A DNA stretch of 64,000 nucleotides, from NCBI RefSeq assembly GCF_009914755.1, contig NC_060928.1, one strand, 5' to 3'. Positions 27,060-41,294 of the stretch are shown here, piece after piece. Positions within the stretch are counted from its first letter, which is position 1. Every line of letters starts with the position of its first letter. The position numbers and the translations under genes are program-made. Below the pieces are notes generated by a model. It had not been told where the DNA came from. It saw only the letters and a program-made list of their open reading frames with translations, and made no database searches. This stretch comes from the human T2T-CHM13v2.0 reference genome, Homo sapiens.

Positions 27060-27438
27060 GTACCTTAGCATGGGCTATTATAACAAAATACTATCAACTG
27101 GGTGGCTCAAACAACAGAAATTTATCTCTCACAGTTCTGGAGGCTGGGAAGTCCAAGATCAAGATGCCCACTGAATCTGTCCCCCAGTGAGGGCTCTCTT
27201 CCTGGTTTGCAAATGGTCACTTTCTTGCTGTGTCCTCACATGGCATAGAGAGATGGAGAATGCTAATCTTTCTTCCTCTTCTTCTAAGGACACTAATCGC
27301 ATTATGAAGCCCCCCGACCCTATGACCTCATGTAAATCTAATTACTTCCCAAAGGCCTCCACTCCAAATAACATCACAGTGGGGGTTAGGAATTGAACCT
27401 ATTAATTTTAGAGGGACACAAACATTCAGCCCATAACA
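27060..27438 (-). mobile_element. MLT1A0-like MaLR solo LTR
   Basis: CTCACAGTTCTGGAGGCTGGGAAGTCCAAGATCAAG; ends ACAAACATTCAGCCCATAACA. Confidence 0.88.
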
Positions 27439-27840
27439 AGAGCACAGCAGAGAAGAAGGACCTGTGCAGAGGAAGAGCCCAGGAGTTCTCTGGTTCTGTG
27501 GATTTCATCCATGAGTTTTTGACTGAGGTCTAGTATATACAGTCAAGGGGACGACTTCCCAGAGAGTGGTTACTAAAGGATTGACAGAGGAAAAGAGATC
27601 GTAGAGATCAAGCAGTACTGGAGGATGGGAATAGTAGCTCAGCTGCAGAGAAGAGATCTTGTTTTGTTAACACCTCTCTAACAACCTGGGCATTCAGCTG
27701 AGACATCAGAAAGCACCTGGCTTGGGGTAAGTACTTTCTCTCTTAGCCTCCTCAGCAGAGTTCCAAGAGAGTATTAAGGCCTAACACCCCAAGGAATCCA
27801 TTGAATATAATGAATTAACTTCTTTCCTAAGCATCTAGAA

Positions 27841-28025
27841 CAAGGGTCAGCAAATTTAAATGGGCCAGATAGTACATTTTTTGTAGGCTTTCAGTCCAAG
27901 AGGCAAAACCTAGACTATTACATAAGCACTTAAACTGTATAACCATTTACAAATGTAAAAACTATTCTTAGCTCATGGGTCACACAAAAATAGGAGATGG
28001 GCTGGATAGGGACCAAAGGCAATAG
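27841..28025. mobile_element. MER58-family hAT-Charlie MITE
   Basis: CAAGGGTCAGCAAAT...GGGCCAGATAGTA; AAATGTAAAAACTATTCTTAGCTCATGGG. Confidence 0.75.
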
Positions 28026-28329
28026 GATGTAAAGTGAGTCTTGGTGAACAGACAGTAAATTAGTGACAGAAATATAATAGGAAAGGGTATTTGTTGACAG
28101 AAAAATATATTTAAAGGGCACAGACATGGATAAGGGCTAGGAGCGAGGGGGGTGAAACAAACAAGGACACTATGGCTGGAACAAGAGTTAGTTGCCGGAA
28201 GCGGAGGCTCAGAGGTAAGCTGGATGAACACTTATATGGGATGCCAGAGTTAATATGAAGTGGAAATAAACTTCCACATTTCTGGTTGGATTGTTGATTT
28301 CCCACTTCTTAAAGTTAACTCTCAGTTTT

Positions 28330-28925
28330 CCTTCTCAAAATTTTCCTCCCATCGCATATCTATTTTAGTAATGACATCATTGTCTATTCTGTTATTTATG
28401 AAGGAAAGCAGACTCCTAAATTCACTTCTCATCACTCTATAGTCAAATCAGAAAGATTCGCATTTATCCGTCTTCACTGTCACCACCCAAACCCCACATA
28501 CTGCGTCTCTCTAACCCAACTACTTTGCTAACGTCCTGTTTCCATTTTGTTTCCCTTGCATCCATCCTTCACAGAGTAGCCACAATAATTATTTAAAAAC
28601 ATAAATTGGAGTCTGTTTCTTTCCTGTGTAGTACCCTTCAATGTTTTCTCCTTTTGCATAGAGTAAAATCCAAGCTCTGTAATTGTTCTTCACACATTCG
28701 TGTATGTTTTCAGCACATGCTTTCCTCTCCCACTAAATCTCACACGTCCCCAGTGCTGTCCTCCCTCAAGCTCTCTGGTCTTCTGGTTTTCCCAGGTACA
28801 TTTGTCAATAGCATTCCCTTCTTGGGTCTTCCCCCTTCTCCTCACATAGCCAGATTCTTTTCATAGTCTTTTCCTTCAAGTTTCATCACAAAGTCACATT
28901 CTCAGAGAGACCTTCTTAATTGTCC
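28330..28925 (+). mobile_element. L2 remnant
   Basis: TCCATCCTTCACAGAGTAGCC, TAGAGTAAAATCCAAGCTC, GTCACATTCTCAGAGAGACCTTC. Confidence 0.65.
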
Positions 28926-28949
28926 ATAGCGATTCACTGGGTTTGTTTT

Positions 28950-29772
28950 TTAATTTTAAAAAAAGTTCTTACTTGTTGTCAGATAAAACACAAATAACAC
29001 AAACCTGCATAAAAAATATTACTTAATGAATCACTATATGGTGAACACCATCGCAACCACAAACCAGCTGAAGAAACAGACCATTGACAGCCTCCCAGAA
29101 TCCTTTTCACTGGCCCCGTACCCAACACAGTCCTCTCTCATACCACTAAAGTAAATGTTATAATTGCTTCCTCACATTTATCTATAATTTCATCATTCAA
29201 GTCCTCATCCCTAAACATTATAGCCTTGTCCATCTTTTTGTTTAACTTGATATGTCTTTTAATTCTCTTTATTTACCGTTCCTTTTTTTATTACCATTTT
29301 TAACACTTCAACAAATTAAGGAACAATTTACATATGATAAAGTTCATGAATTTCCAATGTATAGTTCTATGAGCTTTGACAAATGTATATACCTATGCAA
29401 CTACCATTCCAATCAAAACACAGCCTGTCTCATCTCTCCAGAAAGTTCTGCCTTGCCCATTCCAGTCAGTTGCCTCCCCTACAGGCAACCACTGTTCTAA
29501 TCTTTACTATTCTTTCTGTTTACCTCATCCTAGAAGTATGTGTAAGAGAAATCACACAGTATGGACTCTTTTGTGTCTAATATCTTTCACACAGCATGTT
29601 TTTGAGATGCATTTCTGTTGTTTTGTGTATCAGCACTTTTTTTCTTCATATTGCTGAGTAGTCTTCCATTTATGAATATACAACAATTTGTTCATTCTTC
29701 TGTGGATAAACATTTGGGCTATTTTTAGTTTTTGACTATTGTTAATAAAGCCATTATAAACATTCATGTAAA
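28950..29772 (-). mobile_element. Ancient L1 3' fragments (L1ME/MC-type)
   Basis: TATGAGCTTTGACAAATGTATA, CAGGCAACCACTGTTCT, ATTGCTGAGTAGTCTTCCATT. Confidence 0.75.
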
Positions 29773-31724
29773 AATGTGCATTACAATATCATTTAACACC
29801 CAGAAATGACTTAAATATCCAACAATAAGGGATTTGTTAAGCCAATCTTAATATAATAATACGAAAGTATGAAATCATTTAGAATTGTTTACTAAGAATT
29901 TTTGAGGGATGCAAAATATTTATAATAGAAGGTTAAAGGAGAAAAGTAGAATGCAACTTCTTCTGCAATATTATTCTCAACTCCGTTAAATGTATGCTTA
30001 TGCATATATGAATATATATTTTATATAAATGTGAATGAAAATATTAATGAGACTTTTCTTAAATGGTTTGATTACTGGTGACTTTAGTTTTATTGTTTAT
30101 ATTTCTTTGTATTTTCTCAGCTATTCCCAATCAGAATATTATTATAAGAAATTATAATATACATATTATCTATAAATATACATTTATAGATAACTATGGT
30201 AATTTTATAAGTTATAAATATTATTTAAAAATAAAATTGCTGTAAGGAAAATTTGTATTTAGCTATAATACAAAAAATAGTATACTAGCTACTTGGCTAA
30301 ATGGCTAAATGACAGAGCCATTTTAACCCAAAGTTACACTGAATGAATATTTTACTTCTGGGATCCTGATGTTTCTTTGGCACCACAGTCTACAAACCCA
30401 AAACAGGATATGTAAGGAGGTTGTTAGTATTTGTGAAAACATTTACAATAGTAAAACAAACACACATAGAAACAGTGTGGATTTGTAGGGGTGAGAGCTC
30501 TCATAAACCAGCATGAAATTTCTGCATTACTAGGCACCCAGTGCCTAACACATAGCAGGTTTTCAATCAACACTTATTGAATTCATGAACAGACATGTAC
30601 AAAACCTAGTGAAATAATCTGACATGATAGAAAGGCTGTATACGCACCAGTGTAATTAAGGAGATGCTGATACGAGCACAAAGTTTTGGAAGATGAGGGA
30701 GCAGGACAAAAGAAGTCTTCAGAGAGAGTAACACTTGAATGAAATCTTTAAGAATTAGTGGGAAATGCATGAGATAAACAAGAGAAGAGATGGCCTTCCA
30801 GGCAGAAGAAAAAGCATAAGGAAAGAGACGAATCTGGGGCAAGCCTATCACATTCCAGGAAATGCCAGGGCTAGAATAAAGGGTTTACCAATGCAGACAG
30901 TTGGAGTTCAAGCTTGAAAGAGTTGGAAGGAAATAAAGAATACCAAATACCACTTTGAAGTAAAGTGAGCTTACTACTCTATTTGATGAGTGAGTTGCAC
31001 ACAGGAGGGTAGCATTCAGATATCTCATAGCCCATGCAGGGCTCAATATGCCTGGCAAAGACAAGGCATAATACTCAGGTGTGAGTTCAGCCAGTTTCCC
31101 AACAGAAAGGGCTGCATATAGGGTGAAAAGAAGGAATCACATCAGATCAGGCAAAGACTATTCTGATCTCAAGTCTCTGATTGGCTCCTAGGTGGACTCT
31201 AAATTTTGCATAATTAATTGGTTCCCTTCAGATTTCATGTCACTGATGCTGGAAAGATGGATTTTAAGTGTTGTAGGATGAGTTGGGTGAAATTCAAGAG
31301 GGGTAGGGTTATTTCATGGACACCTTTGATTAAATTTGCCCGATGTTCTTAAGTAAGAGAACACAGAGACAGTGTAGCAGGACCCTGTGTGGCATGCTAA
31401 GACATTTCAACTCTTTTTCCTGGTCTATTCTCCAACTTCCTAACTGGTCTCCTTTCCTCTGGTCCCGCCCTCCTCCAATACATTTTCTGTAGCTTATGAA
31501 CCACAGGTTGTTGATGTCCATTCAACAGATAATGACTGAAGACCTAGCAAAAACGGGATGCTCTGACTTCCTTGCTTAAAATTGTTCAGTGGTCCTTGTT
31601 GCATATTTACAAAGTCCAAAGTCTTTAGTGGGGCAGCCAAGGATGTCTAAGATCTGATATCAGCCTTCATTCCTGCATTGTCCTTCACCCTCATTCCCCT
31701 GACTAAGATACCTCTCAAATGCTA

Positions 31725-31935
31725 CTGGTGCTTTGAAGTTAGACATGGCTATCAATTTCAGCTGCATCACTTACCTAGTCATGTGACTTTGGGCACATTT
31801 CTCAGCCCCTTGAAGCCTCAGCTTCTCTATCTGTAATATGGAGTCATAACACTACCTTCCTTATAGGATTGGTTTTATGATCAATGCTGATCTTGTTCAT
31901 AAACTAGCCCAGTGCCTGGCACATAGAGTTCATTT
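31725..31935 (+). mobile_element. MIR SINE
   Basis: TGTGACTTTGGGCACATTTCTCAGCCCCTTGAAGCCTCAGCTTCTCTATCTGTAATATGG core. Confidence 0.8.
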
Positions 31936-32770
31936 TATGTCAGCTATTATAATTATACCAGGTAGGGCTCCACAGAGGACCAAAGGAGACACATAAGTGC
32001 CTGCCTGCCCCCAACTTTTCCCCAGTAAAGCTGAATAACCTGATGCCACTTCAAAACCAATAGTCTTTAAATGTTCAATATTCATTTTGAAGAGTGTTGA
32101 GCCCTGCGTGGGCTGTGAGTTAGCTGGGTGCTTCCCTCCTGTATACATCTCACTCATCAAAGCAAATACTCAGCCACTGATCAGCCCGCTCTTCTCAGAA
32201 GGTAGCTTATCATCCTCCAGCATTACTTGAACTTCTCCCTGGGAAGAAGATTGTAAACCCCTCTCACTCAACTCAACTACCCTCTGTCTCAGGGCTATGA
32301 GAGTTCCTTGGCAAGGGAGAGATACAGAGGAATTTACCACCAGCCTACAGCCAAGTAAGCATAATGTTCCAGCAAGGGGAGCAGGGAAAGGGGTTTCTTT
32401 TCTTATGTTTCACAGAACAGATATGCAGTTACAACTTTCTTTTACCCTATTTGGAATAGAAAATAACAGATTCTTTTTAAATTTTAAAGAAATGCGTAAA
32501 ACAAACAAGTATGTGTAATAGTGTGTTTACAGATTTTAAATGTTCTCCCTTATTGTAGATATGCAGGTAATATTTTAGAAAGTGTAAGCTGTCATTTGCC
32601 TGAGACTAACATACAGTGGTAATAGCCTATTAATAGTAGGGTCAGGGTTCTAAAACCCCACCTACAAATTGTTCCTGAGGATCTTCCATAAGCAGATGCC
32701 TAGGCTACTTCACAGCCCAGGCCTTCACTGTGCTGAGTCTTCTGCCTACTATTTACTTCCATGTGCCATC

Positions 32771-33228
32771 TATATTAGTTTCCTAGAGCTGCCATAACAA
32801 ATTGCCACAAACGTTGATGGTTTAAAACAGCAGAAATGTATTATCTCGCAGTTCCAGAGGTTAAAAGTCCAATGTCAAGGTGCCAGCAGGTTTGATTCTT
32901 TCTGGGGTCTAGAGGAAGAATATGTTGCATGCCTCACTCCTAGTTTCTAGTGGTTGCTGACAATCCTTGGCATTTTTTTGATTTGTAGATGCATCACCCC
33001 AATCTCTGCCTCTGCCACCATGTGGTGTTCTCCCCATGTGTCTCTGTGTCCAGATTTCTCTCTTCTTTTATAAAGATACCAGTCATTGGGTTGGGGCCTA
33101 CCCTAATCCAGTATGACTTCATCTTAACTTGATTTAATCTGAAGACTCTTTATTTCTGACTAAGGTCACATTCACAGGGGGGTTAAGAGGAATATATATT
33201 TTGAGGAGGCCTGATGTAACTCAAACCA
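32771..33228 (-). mobile_element. MLT1C-like MaLR solo LTR
   Basis: TATATTAGTTTCCTAGAGCTGCCATAACAAATTGCCACAAAC; TGTAGATGCATCACCCCAATCTCTGCCTC. Confidence 0.85.
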
Positions 33229-33812
33229 CCATCCATCTGGATAGCTTTTAAACTTCAGTTTAATGGTACCTTAGAGACGATGCACCTGATTCTGTCCTCC
33301 CAGGTAGAATTGTTCACTCCTTTTTTATGCTTTTTCTGAGCCTCTGTTCAACTTTCTGTTGCCTATATCCTATAACTCTCTTTGTCCCTGTCAAAATATT
33401 CAAGCATCAAAAAACATTCAAGTGTCAGCAACAAAAGCTTTCCTCTTCCTCTTTCTCCTGCTCCTTATCCCATTCCAGCCACCTCGAAAGGTATCTGTGT
33501 TTGTGTTGTGATCCTTCTTATGCAGATCAGGATAACAGGTAAAGCTGAAAAATAGACAAAATCTAAGGTAGGTGCTAAATTGATTTACATTAGCAATGGA
33601 ATTAACCACTATAGAGGAAAATAATATATTCAGAGGTCAAAGGGAGGATGAAAGTGGGATCTGAAAACCTCTTGATATTCAACACAATGTTGTATATCTT
33701 TTTGACTCACCAGTAATAGCATAGTACCTGGATCTTAGCAGGTAATCGTTGAATAAATGGTGTTAATCTTACAATCTTTGGGAGCTACTGAAATATTAGG
33801 TTGTGAGAATGA

Positions 33813-34205
<393 letters not shown>

Positions 34206-34289
34206 TAGAACTCAGGTTTCTTATATCTTTCATAAATTGTGTTTGGTTTCAATGTAAATTATTTTGTCTTCTTAGAGTTCTGAATCTTT

Positions 34290-34692
34290 ATAGAAAAACA
34301 TCAGAAAAATCTAAATTCAGAGACATTCAACAAAATGCCTGACAAATACCCCTCAAAACTATCAAGGTCATCAAAAACAAGAAAAGGCAGAGAAAACTAT
34401 TAGAGACTCGATGAGGCTGAGAAGACACAACTGCTAAAGTAATGTGGTATTTTGAGTAAGATCTTGGAACAGGAAAAGGACATCAGGGGAAAACTAGTGA
34501 AATCTGAATACATTGTAGAGCATAGTTAATAATAATGTGTCAATATTGGTTCCTTAGCTGTGACAAATGTCTCATAGTAAAGTAAGATTGTTAACAGTAG
34601 AGGAAACTAGATGAGGGAATACAAGAACCCTCTATCTTTGCATTCTGTAAATCTAAAACTATTATAAAATATAAATGCTTATTTTTAAAAAG
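34290..34692 (+). mobile_element. L1MC/MD-type 3'UTR fragment
   Basis: CCTCAAAACTATCAAGGTCATCAAAAACAAG; TTCTGTAAATCTAAAACTATT end. Confidence 0.75.
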
Positions 34693-35461
34693 TTTGAGGA
34701 AAAATGATTTTATTTACTTCCTATAAATAAAACCCCACTCTCCTGCCTTACTAAATGTTTTAAACATTCTTGAGACTTTCTTTAACATTTGAGGATCTTA
34801 TCTAAAGCTCAGAGACATCATTCTATTAAGGGACACTTTACAGGATTGTGTAACTGTGATACGAAGCAGAGGCCTCTAAACTCTCGAATTTCAAAAACCA
34901 GTGAAAGTTCAGAAAAAAACTAGGAATCTATCAGAGTGTTTCATATTATTCATTGTGTCAAATAAGACTAATACTTTTTTAGAAAGACTACCATTCTATT
35001 ATTGCTAACACATTATAAAAGACTGTTTTAACAACTCAAAATGAAAAGAATAAAAGTAAGAATAAAGAAAAGACCTTTTCATTGAATGTTATCATTATGA
35101 AAAACTTCCACATAGTTCTTATATGTCTTAGTTTGCTGCAGACTGGCCAAAACTATTTCCTAGGCATTGACCAGCATTTGGGAACCACTGGATAAGGGAT
35201 GTGGCTGAATCTGTACTGAACCCAAGGAAGTCACTGGAAGGGCCTTCTGTTTTGCTTTGTTTTTAATAAAAATTGCTGATATCCTTGATTTAGCTCTTTT
35301 TATTGATTAAAAAAAGATCTTTTTGGAGCATTTTCTCCTTAGAACATCAAATCAGAGTTTACTGCCAGTTTTTTAATTTGCTAGTTTTTGAGGTCTTGAT
35401 CAATTTGCTTACTCTCTTTAACCTCCCTTTGTCTTCCACTATAAAGTGGGGACGATAATGC

Positions 35462-36002
35462 TATGGTAGGCAAGTCCTAAAGTGGCCCCCAAAAGTCCTG
35501 CTTTCTGGTATTCATGTATAATCCACTCCCTGGAGTGTGGGTTGGATCCAGTGATTCACTTCTACCAAATACAATATGGTGAAAGTAATAAGATACCACT
35601 TCTAAGATTAGAGTACAAAGAGACCGTGCCTCCCAACTTAAGAGCTCGCTTCACTTTCTTGCTCACTCACTATGAGGGAAGCCAGCCACCATACTGTGAG
35701 CTGCCTTACGGAGGAACCCACGTGGGAATAAACTGAGGGAGACCTCAGCTAGGTTAAGATCTGAGGTCTTCTCACAGCTGTGTTATGAGCTTAGAAGATA
35801 ATTTTCCCCCAGTCAAGCCTTTAGATGAGACCACACCAGACCAACAGCAGGACTGCAACCTTCTGAGAGACCTTGACCCAGAGGTACCTAGCTAAGCCAC
35901 AACCAGATCCCTGACCCACAAAAATTGTGAGGTAATGAATATTTGTTGTTTCAAGCTGCTAAATTTGTGTAATTTGTTATATGGCAATAGATAACTAATA
36001 CA
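35462..36002 (+). mobile_element. MLT1F-like MaLR solo LTR inside a MIR
   Basis: TATGGTAGGC...GTGGCCCCC start; GCAATAGATAACTAATACA end; 5-bp flanks AATGC / TATGC. Confidence 0.85.
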
Positions 36003-37074
36003 TATGCTTTTGCAAAAGTTTTGTGAAGAATGATAGGGAAACTGGGTTTAATTAGATTCCATATGCTAATGAACTCAAATATATGAAGAAGGGAGCACCA
36101 TGGCTGGCTCATAAAATGCAGTCTACAAATGTTAGTTTCCCCTCCATTCCCCTCTCAAATGAGAACAATAATACCTGCTCTATTGTGAAAATGTTTTGAA
36201 AGCTGTAATGTACTGGGCAATTATAATACATGTAGTAATGTAAGGTATTATTGTAATAGTAAAGAAAACATTGTTACTTTAAAAGCCATTTGCAGTTTAC
36301 ACTAGTTGACTCGGAAGAAAGGCAAAAATTATTATGAAGAAAGCAGTTGTTTTGTTCAAGGAGGGAGGGAGACTAAGCAGGTATGATTATGAAAGAGAAG
36401 AAAATTTTAATGGGAGCTGGAATTCAAAGCAGGAGGTGACCCTGATAATGTGTCACCCCTGAGAAGTATTGGCCATCTTGGGAAGGTGTGGCCTTTTCAT
36501 AACACAGGAGAGGGGGCCTCATACTATTTAATGTGTATGTGAAAAAAAAAAGCCTGTCTCTAGAAAGGTGGAGAGTCTGGAACATATGGGCAGGACATAC
36601 ATGGATTACACAGTGCATACAGGACTGCAGTTTAGCCCCAGAATAAAGCTTAGAATTGAGTCTGGGGACAGAATCTAAACTGCAGGCATAAAGCAAATTA
36701 TTCTATTAACACTCAAGAAATGTGGTCTTTCCCAAAGCATGGAGGACAATCAGGTTTTTACTACATCCTCATTTTATTTATTATTATCAATTATTAATAG
36801 TATGAATTACAATTAATTAATTTATCTTATTAATCTCTTATTAATCAGATACAAAGGAGACGTGTTGTTTACTAATCAAGGAACTAAGTCAGCAGTAAGT
36901 TAAAATTTTCCATAACTTACATCATTTTAATAAACCTTTGTAGTTTCTTGGGTTATTTTTTTTATTTTTTTTTTAGTATACATATTTTTAAAAAACTAAG
37001 AATCTAGAAAAGTTCAGAGAATAAGACACTTATATAATCACGTTCGGTGTTTCGTTCTGAGATGTGGCTGTATG

Positions 37075-37400
37075 TCTCCTTTATTTAACTCTTTCACAAG
37101 CCTTAGGACAAAGTCTAAGCTGCTGGGTACAGCATTCAAGGCCTTTATGATCTGCCTCATGGGTATCTCTCCAATCTCATTTCCCACCCAATACTTACTC
37201 CTTCTACAACACACTCCAGCAACACCAAACTGCTAGAGTTCCAGAACTCACCCTGCTGTTTCAGACTTCTCTTCCTATAATTTACCACCCACTTCATCCT
37301 TAGGAACTCAACTCCAAGGTCACCTGCATGGGGAAGCATCCTCTACCTCCATCAATCCTTTCTCCTAGCCCCTGCTGTCCTGGGTTTTCTGTTTCCATAA
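37075..37400 (+). mobile_element. L2 remnant
   Basis: TTAGGACAAAGTCTAAGCT...GCATTCAAGGCCTTTATGATCTG. Confidence 0.65.
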
Positions 37401-37414
37401 CTGCACTTATGGGT

Positions 37415-37965
<551 letters not shown>

Positions 37966-38657
37966 TTTTATTAAAATTATTAATTTACTTATCTTTCTGT
38001 TTGCTGATTTGATTCTGAGCTCCTTGAAATTAAGGACAACACAATGCCCAGCACAAAGTAGAATCTGAACATACATTTCATGCTAATCAAAATTTTAATT
38101 TAGGTAAAATACATGTGTGTATGTATATATGTATTTTTTTAATTAAAAACTTCTGTACCTATGCATACCTTAGTGAATTGTGAGCTAATAATGCCCAGAG
38201 GTTATACACTTGAACTGAATTTCTTTTTTGATATTCCATGGGCATCTATTAATAATAACAATAAAATTCTATTTTGTTTAAAAACAAGCTCCAAAATACA
38301 CAATGCCCACAGTCCATGGAGAAGCAAACAAGGTAATCCTTATATTTTCCTTCATGTAAACAAAACACCAAATTTAATTTGCATCTGCATGAAGAAGAGG
38401 TTTTCTTTAAAAAAATTCACTAAAAGCAGAAGATGGCATTTAGAAAGAATAATTAAATGCATCTGAAACTCAGGAGATAAAAATAGATGAAGAGTTTTGT
38501 AATAAAAACGGCCTAGCCAGATCCCCTCCCTCTCCCTCCAACTTTAAAAATGATGGTACTTGGAGGACAGAAGGAGCTTTTCTTTTAGCGTATCCCTGAA
38601 GGCTCTGAGTGTGGATTTTGACTCTGAAAGCCTCTACCTCCTCTTAATGCACAAAGT

Positions 38658-38730
38658 AGATGTTGTCACAGAATTAGCTTTGACCCCTAAGAAGAAAGAT
38701 GTTGTCACAGATTTGGCTTTGACCACTTAG
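38658..38730 (+). repeat. Two-copy tandem duplication, period 39 bp
   Basis: AGATGTTGTCACAGAATTAGCTTTGACCCCTAAG versus AGATGTTGTCACAGATTTGGCTTTGACCACTTAG (30/34). Confidence 0.9.
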
Positions 38731-38802
38731 GAGGTTTGGTTTCTCTCACCTTCATTCTCCTTGACTCTCTCTAAGAGAAACATTATGGGGCTTGTTTTCC
38801 AT

Positions 38803-38894
38803 CCCTCCCTCCCTCTCTCCCTCCCTCCCTCCCTTCCTTCCTTTCTTTCTTCCTCTCTCCTTTCCTCCCTCCCTCCCTCTCTCTCTTCCTTCCT
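38803..38894 (+). repeat. Polypyrimidine (CCCT/CCTT/CT) low-complexity tract
   Basis: About 90 bp of C/T only. Confidence 0.95.
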
Positions 38895-39133
38895 ATCTTT
38901 TTTATATATATTTTGGACTGTATTTCTGAGAGAGAAATTCCCTAGAATCTCACTGAACCAGCTAACAGAACACCAGCAATGATTAGTGGAGACTGACATC
39001 CCCAGGAGAGATTGCCAACCTTTTTCCTGTCTCTGGTGAACTTCCTTAGACAGCACCCACTCTCCCTCCTACCCTTAGGTCATCAGTATCTCTTTCTGCT
39101 GCCAAGCAGGCTCATATCTCATATCTGTCTATC

Positions 39134-39422
39134 TTTGTTTTTTTTTTCTTTTGAGACAGGGTTTCACTCTGTCACTCAGGCTGGAGTACAGTAATGCGAT
39201 CTTGACTCACTGCAACCTCTGCCTCCTAGGCTCAGGTGATCCTCCTGCCTCAGCCTCCTAAGTAGCTCGGACTACAGGAGCAGGCCACCATGAACAGCTA
39301 ATTTTTGTACTTTGTGTAGATATGGGGTCTCACTATCTTGCCCAGGCTGCTCTTGAACTCCTGGGCTCAAACCAGGCCTTTCAAAGAGCTGGGATTACAG
39401 GCATAAGTCACTGTGCCTGACC
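39134..39422 (-). mobile_element. AluJ with small left-arm deletion
   Basis: GAGACAGGGTTTCACTCT, GAACTCCTGGGCTCAA. Confidence 0.93.
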
Positions 39423-39607
39423 ACATCTCCTTGTCTTAAAAAAAACAAATAAAAGCTTCACTTGTCTACCTCCTCAAGCTACCATACTATTCTTTTCTTC
39501 TTTCAGAGCTGAATTTCTTGATTATGTCACAGACTACTTTTGTTTTCCTCACTACCTATTTAATCCATAACTCCCTAACCTTCACTGCTCCACTAAAACA
39601 GCCATCT

Positions 39608-39812
39608 AGAATAGCTGTTCTTAAATTCTGGGGAGGATTCAAAATCCCTTTGGGAATCTGGTGGATGTTGTATATCATCTCACTGTGGGTGGGCAGGAGG
39701 ATGTAAACTTTTTTTGCATACAAAATTTTGCACATAATTGTAGAGATTAAAAGACTTCCTGAAGTTTATCCAGAGAGCCCTTAAGAACCAAAGGTTAAGA
39801 CCCTTTGCTCTA
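39608..39812. mobile_element. hAT-Charlie MITE (MER117-like)
   Basis: CTGTTCTTAA...GGTTAAGACCCTTTGC ends; CAAAATTTTGCACATAATT core. Confidence 0.5.
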
Positions 39813-39869
39813 AATGGTCACAAGAATCTTTTAACCATCTTCATTTCCACTCTTGAAAGGTTTAGGGGA

Positions 39870-40090
39870 AGAGCAAACACTTTGGATTAAAACTTAGCAC
39901 CTGGGTTCAAATTCTTCCACTTGATATCTGAATGACCTTGGCCAAGTTACTTAGTATCTCTGACCATCAATTTCCTCACCTGTAAAATGAGGAAGAAGCT
40001 ATCTTGCTCAAAGTGTGTTGTGGATAATCCATGTACTGACATGTAAAAAAATACCTAAGATCATACTCTACACCTGTGAGGCACTAGATC
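39870..40090 (+). mobile_element. MIR SINE
   Basis: CCTGGGTTCAAATTC...TGACCTTGGCCAAGTTACTT...TTTCCTCACCTGTAAAATGAG. Confidence 0.85.
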
Positions 40091-40967
40091 AGTGAAATTC
40101 TCCAGCCTCCTTCAGTCCACCTTATAATATACTGTCCTCTTCCAAGCTTTCTGACTGTTCCTTCTTTGTTTAATTCATTGGCTTTGTCTTATCCTGCTGC
40201 CCCACCAGATTAGGTGCTCCCCACGGTTCACCATGTAGCTGGACTTTCACACCCACGCTTTCCCTCAGAGTATGTCCTCATCACCAGTCCTTCACCTCTT
40301 ACCTCAGCACCGATCATACCTCTGCCCCTGGTCTTTTTATCTTTAGTTCTCACTGCAATGGCATATTTCCACCATGACTGAAATTCAGTACATCAAAAAC
40401 CAAACTTACCTCTTGAAGACTTGCAAAATGGGGTCTTCCCTCTTGGCTTTCCTCTGTTTCCCCATCATTCCCCCAGCATCCCAGCCCTCTGGGATCCTTA
40501 GCATGTTTTCCGCCTCCTCCAACTGCCTCACATCATAAGCAACCAGTGGCTGGCATCCCTTGTATCTTTTGCGGCATCTCTTCTTGGCTAGAGTCCCATG
40601 TATCTTTTGCTGCATCTCTTTCCTTTCATTCTCGTTTCCACTGCCACTGTCACCACACACTAGAGCTTCTTCTAATAGCTTCCCTGGCCATTCCTCCCTC
40701 CAATCCATCCTGAATAACACTATAAAAATAATCTTCCTAAAATGCCACTTGCTTTCCTACCTCACCACTGCTCTGTACCAAGAAGTTCCCCATTGCCTGC
40801 CACTTGAACCACAGTTCCTTTTCCATTGCCCATTCCTCCAAACTCAACACTGTTACCAATTGGGTTGGGGAGGAAAATGATTAACAAAATTGACCAGAAA
40901 CTTTATTAACATGTTCATGTTCAAGCACTCACTAGAAATTGATGTGTGTTCTGTGGAGAAGGTATAG

Positions 40968-41294
<327 letters not shown>

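Noticed and set aside
29960-30300. Extremely AT-rich tract (also 18355-18425 and 36770-36845)
   Set aside because: Low complexity without periodic structure; a matrix-attachment or origin role cannot be supported from sequence
38727-39056. 109-aa ORF rich in E/R/G/K
   Set aside because: Translation of the purine strand of the CCCT/CCTT low-complexity tract
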